A program made the position numbers and the translations under genes. Below the pieces are notes generated by a model. That model was not told where the DNA came from, made no database searches, and saw nothing but the letters and a program-made list of their open reading frames with translations. A DNA stretch of 63,978 nucleotides, filler included, from Folioceros fuciformis (Eukaryota), in assembly GCA_049999805.1 (NCBI GenBank). It is 26 parts of 26 records of this genome, joined end to end, with 100 filler letters (N's around TTAATTAATTAA, not from the genome) between each part and the next. Parts side by side here need not be neighbours in the genome. Positions count along the whole stretch, not along the records: positions 11,166 to 18,068 come from JBNGIO010006957.1; positions 18,169 to 19,827 come from JBNGIO010006958.1; positions 19,928 to 21,570 come from JBNGIO010006959.1; positions 21,671 to 23,344 come from JBNGIO010006960.1; positions 23,445 to 25,481 come from JBNGIO010006961.1; 21 more parts are not named here. One strand, given 5' to 3'. The first letter of the stretch is position 1. The number at the start of each line of letters is the position of its first letter. Shown here piece after piece: positions 11,464 to 25,581 of this stretch.

Positions 11464-13470
11464 GCCCCCCGGCAGTCGTCGGGAATGATGTCTTCCCTGG
11501 CGGGAGCCCCATTGACGGTCCTGCGGAGAGGGAGAGGAGAGGGTCGCTATCCTGCGGCGAATATTTGGTTGCCTGTAGGCCTCACCCGAAGCAGTGTAGT
11601 TGGGATTTGGGAGTGCTTGTCTCTGTCGCGGTGCATGAATCCGATCATCGATCGACTTGGCACCCACACAGGAGACGAAACCGGACTTGGACAAGACGGG
11701 TGGCGACGAGACGAGACGAGAGAGACGCCTGCTTGTGGAATCTTGAAGAAGAGGTAGACAGGGTAGTACAGTAGTACATTACGCTGTTGCTGCTACGAGC
11801 TACTTACCTATACTCTCTGGCTGCCCTCTCGCCTCTGCCATGCGTACAGTACGTGTGTAGTATTAACAGAACTGCTGCAGAGCATGGAGTGCAGTGCAGT
11901 GCTGCAGCAGAGAGGAGCGTTGTTTTGTTACAAAGTGCAAGGAAGGCTCGGACCTCCTAGGAGCGAGCTGTCAGCGTTGGAAGCGAGAATCCCACTGTGG
12001 CAATGGCCCCATGTGGACTCCAATGTCCCACCACCTGAGCGGCAACCACAGTGGGAGCCGGCCCACCTGGGCCCCTGGTTAGCTGATGGTAATCAAAGCG
12101 AGTCGGGTGGGTTGACCAGAAACGCAACTGTGAGGCTGACATGGGGGGTGGTGCCAACGGGTGCCCCGACAAAGGCAGACCGGATCGTTTGGCGTTGGAG
12201 GGCCAGCAATTAGCTTTGTTTAAGTGGGAGGCACAAAGTCTGTATGCTTGCTGCCCAACCGGCCTGGAAGATGCCACTGAGCTTTCAATTGGACACCCAG
12301 ATGCTACAATGTTCAATCCACCACAAGATAAGGTGGCATGTAAGCCGGGTGATGCTGTACGAGAGTGTGTGGCCAATTGCAATTGCACATCACCCTGATG
12401 GCAAGTGCCTGGAATTTGGTGCAATCATCAGCAGTGTACTGAGACAGTTAGTCGGATTGTATTTACTACTGGGAGCCGGGCCCCAGTTGAAGGTGAAGGC
12501 ACCCACCCCACCTGTGCCCGGGACGGTGATGCCATGCTGCTCTCAATGGAGTGAGTGCTCTTGTCTCACACAAGCAAACAAGACTACATGGATACATACA
12601 TGGCAGGGACATACTCCATGGTGTGATGACAGCAGCCAAGACAGTGCCAACTGCTGCTGCCCCTCCTCTGCCTCTGTTTGTGCTTGTACCTGTGACCGAG
12701 CCGGTGCCTGCACACATGGAGGAATGTACTGCACAATGTGTGCTAGCTATAGTAGGACAGCTCCGCAGCGGCTTCTTGCTGTTCCAGAGGGAATCATGGC
12801 ACCAGTACCTCCCACATACCAGATCTTTGGCTGTGTCTTATGAAGAGAGTCACACCTTGATTGGCCTGGGCTGGGCTGGACTGGACTGGACTGGGCCGAA
12901 GCTGCCCCTAGGTTGGTACAATCAGGGAAGAGGGGGTCACGAGAGCTTATGTGTGACACAGTGCAGCCCATGATGAGGCTGCAGACGAACACTGCGCAGC
13001 TCCCGTAATGTACCAGCACGTCCATCAGTCCTTGACTGTGCTCAATTCCTTGATGAGATCACTCTTGACAAAGTCTCCTGTAAGCATGTCAGGCCAGATA
13101 GCTCCTGCTGCTGCAGCGTCTGTAGCTCCCAAACTGCCTTGTACAGACGTCGACCAATGGGCAGATGCACTACATACACTTCGGCTTTCCTTTGCAGCCC
13201 TTGCCACCACAAACACCCTATAACCCTCCCTTGTACGTCATGACGGTGGGGCAGGGGCATCACTGAGTAGGGGCCTGGCCTGGCCTGCCCTTCTTGGTGC
13301 AACGAGGACAGGTGACATCTGCAACTTGGTAGGACACGGATTGGGCTGCAAACAAGACGATTTGAAGCTGAAGCCAGGCTTGACAATGTTCCGGGCCGTC
13401 GGCAGCACAGGCTGTCGTCATCAACGCTAAGTGCGTGCCCACGCGGTTGAGTAGGTGAGTCTTCTTGAAA

Positions 13471-16400
13471 TCAGAGAGGTGATGATTTGGGGGCTGTCTT
13501 GGCTTTCACGGCTTTCTGGGGGTAGTACTGCTCCAGAGTGCCGCTGAGCTCGATGTTGCCGGTGAATTCGTGCAGCTTTTCCTCGTAGGCGATGGCCCCG
13601 CTGAACTGATGCAGCCGCTCGTCGTCGATGTTCTTGATGTCCACCCAGGTCATGCCATCGAATTTGATGTTGCTCTCTGCCCTGTCCAGAGGGAAAACGT
13701 ACATGGACCCGCTGCTGGAAGGGGTTCGGAGATACACGTCGGCGGAGCTCTCTGCCGATGACCTCCTCCGGAATTCGGCAGAGGCTACGGGGCCGGATAC
13801 CTCACCGGATGTCATGGATATGCTGATGCGCCTGCCCATCCCTGTGTCCGATCCGTCCATGGAATTCTGGCTCTCTTCAGGGTAGAACCGCTCCTGCTCG
13901 TAGAAATCGTAGGAGTGCTCGTCGTTGTCGAACCTAGGGCTCTTGACTATGTTCCTGCGGGCTTCGGCCTCGTCACCATCTGGCCTTCGAGCTCTGGTGT
14001 CGTACGTTCGGAGAACCAGTTCCAGCTCTTGGCTGATTTCGGTCATGGACGGCCTGCTCTTCACTTCCTTGTTCACACACCTTAGCCCTAGTGCTGCCAT
14101 GTGCAGCATGATGTCTCTGTTGTAGTTTTGTTGAAGCAGCATGGGGTCCATCACGGCTTCGATGTTCCCTGCCTCCACACTCGACTTTGCCTGGATGGAA
14201 CAAGATGATCACAGCTCACCTCATTCAGAACCATGCCTGGCTGACAGGCATCGGGCCATCACCGAGGCTGCTTGCATCGGGCATTCAGGCACGCAAGGCA
14301 GGCAATCGCTCACACTTACCCAGTTGATGATGTTGTACTCGGAACGCTTTCTGGAATGATCAACAGCGGGTTTTGCAGACACCAGCTGGAGAAGGATCAC
14401 TCCGAAGCTGTATACGTCGCTCCACGTGCTCAGATGGAAGCTCAAGTAGTAGTAGGGATCCAGGTATCCTGGAGTGCCCTTCACCCCAGTGCTTACATGG
14501 GTCTGGCCTGCGGATGGTCCCAATTTCGACAGACCAAAGTCTGACACCTTTGCTTCATACTCGAAGTCCACCAGGATGTTGCTGGGTTTTATGTCCCGGT
14601 GGATGATGGATGGACTGCACCCTTCATGTAAGTATGCAAGACCTGCAAAACACCCGGAGAAATTGTCCTCAGAAGATACACCAGCCGCCCCAGCGGAGGA
14701 TGGTAGGAGGTTATAAGGATTCAACTACAGTAACTCTTCCTTCAAGAACACCTCTGGGACAAGCTTCCAGCACAGTGGCTACAGTCTCTCACCCTTTGAG
14801 GCGCAGATTGCTATGTTAATTCGTTGTCGCCATGTCAATGGTGGCCCTCTTTGTCCTGCAAGGGAGAAGTGAAAAATTAGTGGCAAGAAGCTTACAGACG
14901 ATAACATCCTCCCACACATGAAGCTATTCGTCAAAGGCTGTTGCGCACGCAACAGACCCTTACCTGTGAGATGCTCAAGAAGGCTTCCGTTGGGTACATA
15001 CTCGTAGATAAGCATCTGCTCGCCTGCAACAGGTTCGCGAATGTGAGGAGTCATTATTTGGTTACAAGAACTGGAGTCGAACAAAACAAATTTAAAGGCA
15101 CGATCTACAAAAGGATAGAGTTGATGAAGTCGTCACAACAATCACAGTCCTGGTGCGTTGCACGTATTATAGGTGGATATGTTGGATGTGTTTCGGAGTT
15201 GTTAGGAGTTGTCCATCCCACAAGACAGGTTTGTATGGCTCACCTGAGTCTGCACAGAAGCCGATGAGGTTGGCAAGGTGCTTGTGGTGAATTTTCGAGA
15301 GGACTTCCACCTCTGCCAAAGAAGTGAGATGAAGAATTAGGACCAGACAGACAACTCTGCAGAACCAAGGAGGTCCATTGAAAATCGCTCGGGTAGGGTG
15401 TTGAGGTACGCTTCTCACCATTGCAAAACTCCTTCATGCCCTGCTGTGAGTGCTGTCCAGCACGCTTGATAGCTACGTCTTGGTTCTTTGCAAGCCTCCC
15501 TCTGTACACGGTACCGAACCCTCCTGAGCCCAGCAAAAGCTCGGGATCGAAGTTATTGGTGGCTACGATGAGTTCCTCCAATGTAAAGCTGCGCGTGTGG
15601 ACCGGCAGCATGATCTCAGGCGGCGGTGCTGGTTTTGTACTTTGTAGCTCGACAACTGTTACGCAACAGGTTCTATCAGAACGAGCAGAGTGGACCGTTC
15701 TTCAATCAGGATATGAGGAGGACCTACAGTGATCTGAAGTGTGCTTCTGGAAGCGCCATGGTCCCCTCCTTGTGTACCAGCGGCAACCAAGAATCCCAAC
15801 AACTGCTCCCACGATGAAAACTAGAGCCACAACGATGACTATGACAACAACTCCAAACTTGGAACCACGTGAGCAATTGCCGGTGCAATCGCTCAAAGGC
15901 AGCAGGAGTGGATTGTTGTCATAACTGTTGCACACATACACAGACCACAATCCAGTCAAGAAACGTGACCCACAAAACCTCAGAGTCTGGGGTCCAGAGT
16001 CTGTTACTGTGAAGAGGTGAACCCACCGAAAATCCGGAATGGTGCCCATTACGATGGTTCCACTGAAGTTGTTCGAGCTGATGTCACTGCATTTCACCCA
16101 TCAAGCTGAATTCAGGATGGGCTTCGGTGTCCTCTCTAAAATCAGGAATCAGCTAGAACAAGCAAGTTTTGAACCCCATCCGCGTATACATTCTGAAACT
16201 TACAAATGTTTGAGAGCTCTAAGATCAAACACTCCACTGGGAATCGGACCGGATAATTCGTTGCCACTGACATTCCTGTAACCTTACACGTTGGCATCCT
16301 CAGTGAAATCGATTGGAAAAGTCGTGACACTGGGAAAAGCATGCAGGAAACGAGGTGGCAGGATGCATAGCATACAGGGTCGTAAGCTCTTGCAAGTTTG

Positions 16401-17978
16401 AGTAAGAAGCTGGCATGCTCCCTGTGAGGTCATTGTTAGCCAGATTTCTGCATCAAAATTGCACGGTTTAGCGACGGCTATGGATCGTTCGCATGCATTT
16501 CTGTCACCCTTTACAACGCCTACACATAAGCACAAAATGGAGACTCACAGTTCTTGTAGTGAGGATAGACTTCCGAGGTCAGGAAGGTCCCCAGTTAGGC
16601 CGCCAGCTCCTGGTGTTGGAACATCATGATATACGTGCCTGACAACATGTGCCAACTTGGTACGTTAGTACTCGTTCAGCACTATGAACAGCAACAACGA
16701 CATGTTGGGTAGTAATAGAAGCCTTACAGGAACTGCAATTTTGTCAGGGAGCCGATCTGCTGGGGTATGGGTCCAGACAAATCGGTATTGTCAAGAAATC
16801 TGCAGCAAACTTAGGATGACGCAATACAGCAAAAAACGATCAGATAGCGGGGCTTCTCTCAAGCTTTGCCAAGTTCTAATCAAACTGAAAACCCGTTTGA
16901 GAAGCGCCATCCGGTTTGGGGAATGGCCAAAGAGGTTGAACTTACAAGAATGAGAGATTTTGAAGGTTTTGAACGGTTGGTGGCAGATTTCCCGAAATGC
17001 TTGTCCTTCCGATATTACTGCACGACAATTGCCGAGGTCTCAGTGACCATTGGCAAAAGGTATGGTGGTCAAACGCAACGAAATGGAACTGTGCACTGAC
17101 AGGTAGAAGAGGCCCGTAAGTGTGGTCAGCTCGAACGGTATTATCCCGGTGAGAGGATTCCGGCCTAACCTCCTGTGGTGAAAGAACACTTAGAGCGCAG
17201 ATTGAACAGTAACCAAGCAGGATCGAACATGTTTCGCTAGGTCGCAACCGGTAGCCATTCCAGTTGGGTCTGAACATGGCTCCATTGCATGCGCAGAAGG
17301 GACATGTCAGAATGTACTCACAGTTCTTGTAGCCTTATCAAGTTTCCGAAGCCCGAGGGAATGTTCCCACCGAAACTGTTGTTCTCTAAATTCCTGCCAG
17401 TGCACATTAAACCAGAGAAATCACACACCGATCCCAGACAATTCAGACAGGCAACCCACTGTGTCGACCTTTACTACTCGTCACTCACAAGTTTTGCAGG
17501 AATGTGAGCTGGCTTAAGGTCGAACTGATGGAGCTAGCGACGAGCAGCTGATTCTGTAGATTCCTGAGAGCCACATGATGATCAGAATCTGGTGGCGTTG
17601 CCAAACGCGATTACCGGTACCAAAATCTAGGTGTGCATTCTGGACGGAACATACAATGAGATAACTCGGAGCTGTGAATCGCAAACAACATGGCTCCAAT
17701 TTGTGCACAAGTATCCGGCAACCCAGTTGTCCAGTGCACCAAAAGGGTCCTGTTGAATAGAGCTCTTGAATGCCAGCAGCGGATCCTCTGAAGACACAGA
17801 AAACGGGCTGTCAGGCGCACCTGACTGAATATTCCAAGTGAAAAGCGAGAAGCCAAAAACCAGTACCATCCGGCGAGACTGTAACGTTGGAAGCAGCTGC
17901 ACGGCTTGGTATGGGCCCGAACACAAGAAGCAGAATGACGAAGCAGGAGGCCACCGCAGGCGGCCTCCATGCAGACAT
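13471..17978 (-). CDS. LRR receptor-like Ser/Thr kinase (multi-exon)
   Basis: Signal peptide ([21 protein letters not shown]), LRRNT cap ([19 protein letters not shown]...CTNWSHVVC), small LRR exons, TM helix ([24 protein letters not shown]) and kinase motifs [42 protein letters not shown] and SDVYSFGV. The stop is at 13471. Confidence 0.95.
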
Positions 17979-18402
17979 TCTGCGCGCTTGGTGCTCCTCT
18001 TGCGTTGCCTGCAACCCCCCCGCCCCCCCCTGTGCTCGGTCGCCTCCCAGATAATGGAGCGCAAGGCTNNNNNNNNNNNNNNNNNNNNNNNNNNNNNNNN
18101 NNNNNNNNNNNNTTAATTAATTAANNNNNNNNNNNNNNNNNNNNNNNNNNNNNNNNNNNNNNNNNNNNTATGCATATTCGGGAACAAGTCTAGCCAACAA
18201 ATTCAAATATACGTACGTATATTATAATTTTTAAGAAGAATATCAGCCTTAAATTATACATAAAAATATATGGAGATATCTATAAATATAAATAATTATA
18301 TTTATTTCATTTATTTATATTTTAGATATTTGTTTTCTCTCTATGAAATCTTTTCAAAGCAAAATAAAATTAAGCATTTTTAGCATGTTATATGTTGCTC
18401 TT

Positions 18403-18933
18403 TCATGGTGTATCTAGGTTAAACAAATTAAGATCAAATGGTGGTTCTGGGACACTTGGACATGTATCTAGGATACTTTGTGTCGAATATCGTAAGTAAC
18501 AATCTTCTACAAGAAGCCATCCTTCACTTGGCACTCCATCGCAAAGTCCATATAAAGCATACTTTGTTGCAGTAAGACATTGATAGCAAGCAACCCAAGT
18601 GTTCATAGTAATTACATTTTTGTAACAAGTGACGACGCCGTGCATTGTAGGACCTGATGGTAATTGCGGAGTTCTAATTGATAAATAACACGGCAGCTTT
18701 CCCGGACTGAAAATCTTAGTTTGTGGCTCGATAGCATGACCAATTAGCTTATCTAATGCTGCGCGAACGAATAAGTTGGTTAAAGGATGTTTAATTAACT
18801 CGCCGCAAGAATGCCCAATCATATTCATGCTAGGCTGCGCTTGTAGAGACGAGAGAGTAAAACAAGTTGTTAAAAGTAACACAAATATTTTGATTAGATT
18901 TGAGGTATTGAACATTGTCATGTTATTTCTCAT
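18403..18933 (-). CDS. Single-domain DUF26/Gnk2 (ginkbilobin-2-like) secreted protein
   Basis: Intronless ORF with signal peptide, N-terminal Cys, C-X12-C-X2-C (CYKNVITMNTWVACYQC), LC and the terminal DCYLRYS motif. Confidence 0.85.
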   Translation of the reverse strand: MRNNMTMFNTSNLIKIFVLLLTTCFTLSSLQAQPSMNMIGHSCGELIKHPLTNLFVRAALDKLIGHAIEPQTKIFSPGKLPCYLSIRTPQLPSGPTMHGVVTCYKNVITMNTWVACYQCLTATKYALYGLCDGVPSEGWLLVEDCYLRYSTQSILDTCPSVPEPPFDLNLFNLDTP

Positions 18934-20912
18934 TTAATTAGAAGATATAGAGTTAAATAAGTCCAAGTTCTTAATTATCAAGTATTATCATAGAATTACG
19001 AACCTATTTCACATTTTTGCTGATTTACATGTAGGTTACCAACTTTTGGACTCTTCAATATTTCAAGATGTTGATATTTGTAGTCATGTATACGTGATCT
19101 TACTAAATAAAACCTACATCGTACAAATTTTGTGGTTAAGCTCCTTGCGTTACGTTATTTGTTAGCATAAGTAAAACTCGAGTATATGATGACGAGACGT
19201 GTCTTGTGACATTGTTGTAAAAACAAACCTTGAACTCTCAAACCATAAGTGATGAGATCTTTTGATAACTGTTCTGTCAATAGAAACTTAAACCCTCCAT
19301 GTTCCGCTCCTACCTTATATGATTTAGTCGAATTCGACCTTCGAGGGTACTATAATATTGTTCCAGTGGGGGTACAAATGCAAGGCTTAAAACAAGTGTG
19401 GTTGTGGACCCTGAAACCACATGAGACTTATATGAAGCCTTTCAAAGTGCAATCCTTTCAAAGCGACGTACATAAGAAGAAGAGTAGGAAGCAAGATAGA
19501 GCTTTGATCAACTTAAGCCAAAGTTAATGACTAACTTATATTCAAAGTGTTAGGCATAATTTTATTTTGTGGAGAACGTAATACACATCATTAAGGGGTT
19601 CAACAAACTATAAATGGATGTAGGATAACAAGATATTAGCATCTTCTCATATGATTGTAAATTGATCCTCTAACTTGATATAAGCATAATTCATTTCATG
19701 GCTCAACAAAATGTGGTACATATGACAACCCTACTTGCAACAAAATGACTCTTTTTCTCATGCATTATTTATTAATATCCATGTATTATTTTATACAATA
19801 TATAATTATGATTATTATTTATTAAATNNNNNNNNNNNNNNNNNNNNNNNNNNNNNNNNNNNNNNNNNNNNTTAATTAATTAANNNNNNNNNNNNNNNNN
19901 NNNNNNNNNNNNNNNNNNNNNNNNNNNTTCTGCCTCCGCGCCGCTGCGGAATGCGGATGCCGCGCCGCCGCTCGCCACTCTCGTCATCTTCTTGCGCTGC
20001 TCGGTAGGTAGGTAAGGAGCTACCGTGGTTGTTGCTGCGCCTCACATCCTCACCGGCCTGCGTCTTGTCCACTCTGCACCCTCGCTTCGCGCCGTGCCCT
20101 CTTGCCAGGTTGCTGGCCTCCTGGTGAGTCAGTCTCTCTTCATCCCCGCCGCCGTGTGTCTCCTCCTCAGGTTACTAGTTTTCCCTTCCTCGATAGTCCA
20201 ATTGCTGTCGGCGTGTCTGCCTCACTGCACGTAACTGGGGCTCTTTCCTGTGCTCTCGGCTGGGTAGCCACAGCTAATTGCACATACCTCTCCCGGCTCT
20301 GCTCGCCTCTCCTGTTCCTCCCCCTTCGCATCACTTCTACCCAGTGCTTTTCTCCGCTGGTTGCAGCTTGCACGTGCACTTGTTCTGTAGCCTGCCGGCG
20401 GAGCGGACGAGCAGCAGACTGAGTGTGAATCCCTCTCAGTGCGAGACCTAGGGTGCCCACTCGCAGCCTCAGGACGTCTTGGATAACATTCTCCCTGCTT
20501 GCGGATGTGACATGCGGTGGAACTCCATGTTAAACTCCTCTTCTAGAAGCCAGCTGGCCAGCAGAGGATTGCGGAGCTCCGAAGTTTAAAGTAAACGCAG
20601 CTCTGGGGTCTTCATGTGCGTAGCTTGCAGCCGCGGATGATAGAGGCTTGCAATGCCGTGCGACCTCAACCCTGTGCGTGCGTTTGGTAGCGGAAGAGAG
20701 GCGGCCGGAGCGGGAGCTGTCGTTCACAAGTCCATCACTCTGTAGGAGACGAAGTAGAGTCGAGCTGTATTCGCGAGGAGGTTGAATTTGGGTGACAAAG
20801 CGTAGAGGAGTTGGCGAACTCGCTAAGCGACGGTGATTCATTTTTGCGACGGGCTCCAAAGAGTGCGCGCGTGCCGGATAATTTTGCGTGAGTCTGCACC
20901 TGAAGCATTTGG

Positions 20913-21570
20913 ATGCCAGTGTTAAGGGAGCAGAGGCGGCGGGAATTGTCATCGCATCTCTGGGGGCCGAGGCCATTCGGCAGCAAGGCGAGCGGGAGGT
21001 GGCTCCAGTCAGGCGCGCTGGAGCGAGAACGGCGAAGCTGGACCAGCGACCGGTCGAGCTCGCCGGTCGGGGAGCGCGACGATCGGCCGCCGGTCGCAGA
21101 GCTTCAGCTCGGGCTGGAGGCGCGGTCGTCCGCCAAGTCCAGCCCGTTACGCTTCGGCGACTCCCCGGGCCGAGCCTACGGGGCCGGGGGCGGAGCTGGA
21201 GCTGGAGCCGGAGCTGGAGCCGGGGCGTCAAGCTTCGGGGAGGTCTCGGTGGCGCACGAGGCTACGAGTCTTGGGGAAGTGTCGGTCGTCAGCCGCGGGG
21301 TATTCGATCAGACGGCCGGTCGCAGCCGCGCGTCTACTTCCTTCAGCTACGAGGCGGCTAGATTCGGCTTCGGGGAAGCCCTCACCAACCCTGGCTCCGA
21401 GCCGCGGACTAGCCGCGGCTTCGGCTTCGGCGAGGCACGCGAGCTCAACTTCGTCTCCAAGGCCGCGCAGCAGCAGCAGCAGCAGCCTGGGCCCTTCTCC
21501 GAGCCTGGTGCCTTCGGCACCGAGGCTGCCCCGGACGCCACTGAGCGGGAGTCGGCGCTGGAGTTGGGAG
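20913..21570 (+). CDS. Possible 5' part of an unknown low-complexity protein gene (truncated by contig end)
   Basis: GC-rich frame open for about 219 codons to the linker, with (GA)n and polyQ tracts. No recognisable domain. Confidence 0.3.
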
Positions 21571-22102
21571 NNNNNNNNNNNNNNNNNNNNNNNNNNNNNN
21601 NNNNNNNNNNNNNNTTAATTAATTAANNNNNNNNNNNNNNNNNNNNNNNNNNNNNNNNNNNNNNNNNNNNACCGGAGCTAAGGGAAGAGGAATCCCTTCC
21701 ACTCCGAACTCGCGGATTCGGCTCCATCACCCACACCAACCACGTGACCACTTCGAGGATAGCTGGGGAGCTTCTCTCCCACTCGGCGAGGCGCCTCCTC
21801 CCGATTCGTCCCCGGACTTGATCAAGGAGCGCCCACCACCTACACCCGCACCCCAGGTTGCTACGTGCGCTCGCTTGCCTGGACCTCCCATCCAGCAACG
21901 GCCATCGCTAGGTCCCTGCAGGGTCGACTGTCCGGCTGGTTCTTGCTCATTCCTTAGGCCTTCAAACCGGCCTCTTGTACACGGTGATGGCGGTTTTCCC
22001 ACCATAAAGTATGTCAGGCAGGGGAGGTGCGCTCTTAAATTCTGAGCGATTTGGGTCCAAATAAAGCACACTAAAAAATACTAATCTAGCCTGCATTTAC
22101 TA

Positions 22103-23344
22103 TCACCCTGTCCCACGCCGCAGGCGACTTCCTCCTGGCCTTCGCACGTCATCCCTCACTGCTCCTCCTCTCGCTCTTCTGCCTCTCCGTTGGTCCGGCA
22201 GATCCTCCCAGAGGATCTCCACATCACTGCTGCTACTGCTGGGCCTCGCTGGCGGAGCAGGTGGGTCCCGCCGCTGTGGTCCACCACCCCTCCTCCTTCT
22301 CTGGTTGCTGAGGACAGCCATAGGCTCCCGTTCTACCCAGCGCTGGGCCTCCTCTTCCGTCAGTTCCTCCAGAACTGTCTCCGCATACCAGTGGGGCAGC
22401 CCTGTCACCCACCATCTGTAGTGGTAGAGTCCCAGGCGCGTGCTCAGTTGTAGGACATAGCCTCGCGTCCCTCCTGTGCCCATACGTACATACAGAAACA
22501 GCTTCAGAACTCTGCCCCCTTCTACATACAGGCCTGGCACATAGAAGGCCTCCTCCTCATACTGCAGCACAATCCGACCTTCTGTCATAACAGAGGTGCT
22601 TATCCCGTCCTCCCTTGGGCTACCTCGGGTTGCTTGCTCCCCCTCTTGCTAGGGTACCTGAAGGTTCTCTGCCTGCCCAGCTATTGCCTCCTCCGGCTCT
22701 GTTCTCCTGGTACGGGTCACCCTCCTAGAGCGCCTAGGGGCAAGCGCCCCTACTACTGCCTCCTTTCTCTCCAGGGTTGGTTCCTCAGCTATCCTGGGCC
22801 ACGCTGGGCCACCGGTAGCCCCGTCGGCTACCCGACTATTGGTAGTCCCGTGGACTACCGGGCTACCGGTAGCCTCCTCGACTACCGTTCCCCTGGTTCA
22901 GCTACCGGTAGCCCCTTCTGCTACCGGGGTCGTCGACTGACTCGGGCGCCCAGCCTTGCTCTTCCCCTTCACTCTCTCTCTGGCCTCATCCCGCTCTCGC
23001 TTGTATCTATCAGCTAACTTCTGGGCCTGCTCCACAGCGGCTATCTCCATCTCCTGTGCCTTAGCCATTTTCTGTTGCAACTCCAGGTTAGCCTCGTGAG
23101 CCTCCCTCACCTGAGCTAGCAGGGCCCCCTGTTGTTCCTTCAGCGCCTGCACTTCAGCCCTCGCCACGCGCGCCTCTTCCTCGGCTTGATCCTTCTCCCT
23201 GTCCAGGACCCGCTGCTTCTCCTCCAGCAGTTGACGCGCTGTCTCTGACTCCGCCAGTTGCCTCCTTACTTCAACCTCTCCCTCATGAGCCTCCTCGTCC
23301 TTTCCTCGAGTCTCGGTTTCTCGCTCCGCTTGTACACTTAACCA
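22103..23344 (-). mobile_element. Degenerate coiled-coil / R-rich ORFs, probably a retroelement accessory ORF
   Basis: Long E/Q/R/A-rich heptad region (ARAEVQALKEQQGALLAQVREAHEANLELQQK) interrupted by stops, followed by a 161-aa ORF. No introns are evident and the composition is similar to 30756-31700. Confidence 0.35.
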
Positions 23345-23949
23345 NNNNNNNNNNNNNNNNNNNNNNNNNNNNNNNNNNNNNNNNNNNNTTAATTAATTAA
23401 NNNNNNNNNNNNNNNNNNNNNNNNNNNNNNNNNNNNNNNNNNNNGAACGGGGGTAGGTGGACAGGTGGTGTTGCCGGCCATGCGGCATGGTCATGCTGGC
23501 CGGGGTTGTGGCTTGGGGGCTTGGGTCGGACGACACGCTTCTCGGGAGACACCGGCTCCGGGTGTGTCGCTTTCCGCCACCTGACCGATTCCGAATTCCA
23601 ACCTTACCAGCCTTTTTCTGGCGCTTAGGGTTTCAGACACCCCGGGGCTGGGCGAGCCAGTCAAGGTCACGCTTGTCGGCACTCTTTGCGCTCGCAAAGC
23701 CTGCCCCAAACGTGACGCATCCGTTGCATCAACTGCCTGCCTGCTGGCCCTGCGTCGCCACACGCTTGCTGACATTTACTCTCCCGCAGCGCTGTCCCTT
23801 CACCTGCGCTTTCGGGAACTTGCTGTGCTGTTTCTTTAGGGTTTGCAGTCACGGAGGACTTCTTAGTCCTGGTGAGTTATGGATGTGGTTGGTGGATAGG
23901 CCATTGAGTTGGGGGTGAGCAGTGGTACAGCTGCAGAGGCGCATTGAGA

Positions 23950-25339
23950 ATGGCGGCCAACAGATATACAGTACGAGCCGTGTGTAGTGCTGATGTTGTC
24001 AAGTTGAATGAGATATTCAGACAAAGAAAGCCTAGCTTGCAGGCTGTGTTCGGGAGATTTGAGTGGAGCCATATTGTGTATGTGTTGCAATGGTTTCGTG
24101 CTTTGATCTTGCAAAGCCAGTAGTTGATGCAATGTCCTTCTGCTGATGAGAGATTTGGCTGTCTTGCCAGTGAGATCACTCTGTATTCCTTGGTTGCTAC
24201 AAATGTTGAACAAGAGCTGGTTGCGTTTGCTGCTTTTGATGACGCACCTCCCGTTCCTGGGAATGTGGCTCAAAACAATGAAACTAAAGCTGCTCAATGG
24301 GCTACATTGGGTGCTATAGACATTGGATACTTGGTTTGTTCCTAATTATACCAGCTTCTTTTTTTCCTTGAAAAGCTTCACTTTCCTTGATGAGAACCTT
24401 GTGATATGCATACTATCTTACAGCAGTAGGTTTCTCTTGCAGAAGGAAAATATCTTGTGGCTAAAATTGGCTGTGGCACTCTCAACAAAGGCTGAGGAAG
24501 AAATGGATGTTCTTTCTACACTTATGCAAGCAGCAGTGACACTAGCTCCTAACACACAAGTGTTTCTTCATACCAGTACGTATCTTGAACAAGGTACAAA
24601 GCTTATGATCCTCAAATATGACAAAGTACCATACTGATCATTTCTATAGGTCCTTTGGACCAACATATACTGCCAACCATATTTAAGCCCATGTCAAGAT
24701 CTCAAGAATATCGAATCATGATTAGTTCCTGTATTAGGAGGTAAGCTCAATTTTTTTCTTATAATTTCTTAAAAATTTTGAATCATTCTATTCATAAATT
24801 TGATATGACAAAGCCACATCCACACTAAGTTATGACACTAAGACTCTTGCAACTTGTTTTGGTCGCACATGTCACAATAGATTGAGATATGTGTGCCTAC
24901 TTTTTGGCAATTGCCAGCACTGTATTCCCGCCTCTCCAAGTTACAAGAGCTAAAGTGGAGGACTATGATGATTTAATACCAATAATTGAAAAAGCCCAAG
25001 CACGTCATTATCCACTATCTCATGTACCACAAGTGGTGGACCCATCAAAGGCTTATTCAATTGCTCGAATGATAGCTGGACAAAATCATCACAACTCTGT
25101 TTTAGTAGCAAAGGTATATCATACACAACAATAGCAATGCTAGCTTTGGTTTGGTTTAGGGCTATTAGAAGCTTTTTGTTTTTCAATTCTAGAAGCTTTG
25201 TTTATCGTAAAATCATCTAATAGTTTGCCAGGTTGCCAACAAACTTGTGGGAATTATGGCTTGTACAGCAGTGATTGATTTTGAGTCATACCAAGCTAAA
25301 TTTAATGTTGATATATATGATATGTTAACAACTCAGAAG
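23950..25339 (+). CDS. CFAP61: Cilia- and flagella-associated protein 61, N-terminal exons (partial)
   Basis: Exons encode LVAFAAFDDAP, PPLQVTRAKVEDYDDLIPI, IARMIAGQNHHNSVLVAK and VGIMACTAVIDFESYQAKFNVDIYDML. These match the CFAP61 N-terminal region (R.A.VED.DDL.PI...A.LI..Q......V....VG.M). Confidence 0.8.
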
Positions 25340-25581
25340 GTGTGTATCTTTAACCAACCATGTTTTTTTCTAGTAAAATAGTTAACCATATAGTTTTAGA
25401 TATGTTATCACATGATGTAGGGGCTAAATATTTGGTCAATAAACATGATAAAAGGTATGCAGGAACATCAACCTACTATACNNNNNNNNNNNNNNNNNNN
25501 NNNNNNNNNNNNNNNNNNNNNNNNNTTAATTAATTAANNNNNNNNNNNNNNNNNNNNNNNNNNNNNNNNNNNNNNNNNNNN

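Noticed and set aside
11500-13460. Many overlapping 60-200 aa ORFs downstream of the receptor kinase
   Set aside because: No recognisable motifs or consistent exon structure; expected by chance in GC-rich DNA.
23445-23480. Minus-strand MAGNTTCPPTPV resembling a CHX antiporter N-terminus, divergent from CFAP61
   Set aside because: Only 12 codons precede the contig end, which is too little to support a call.
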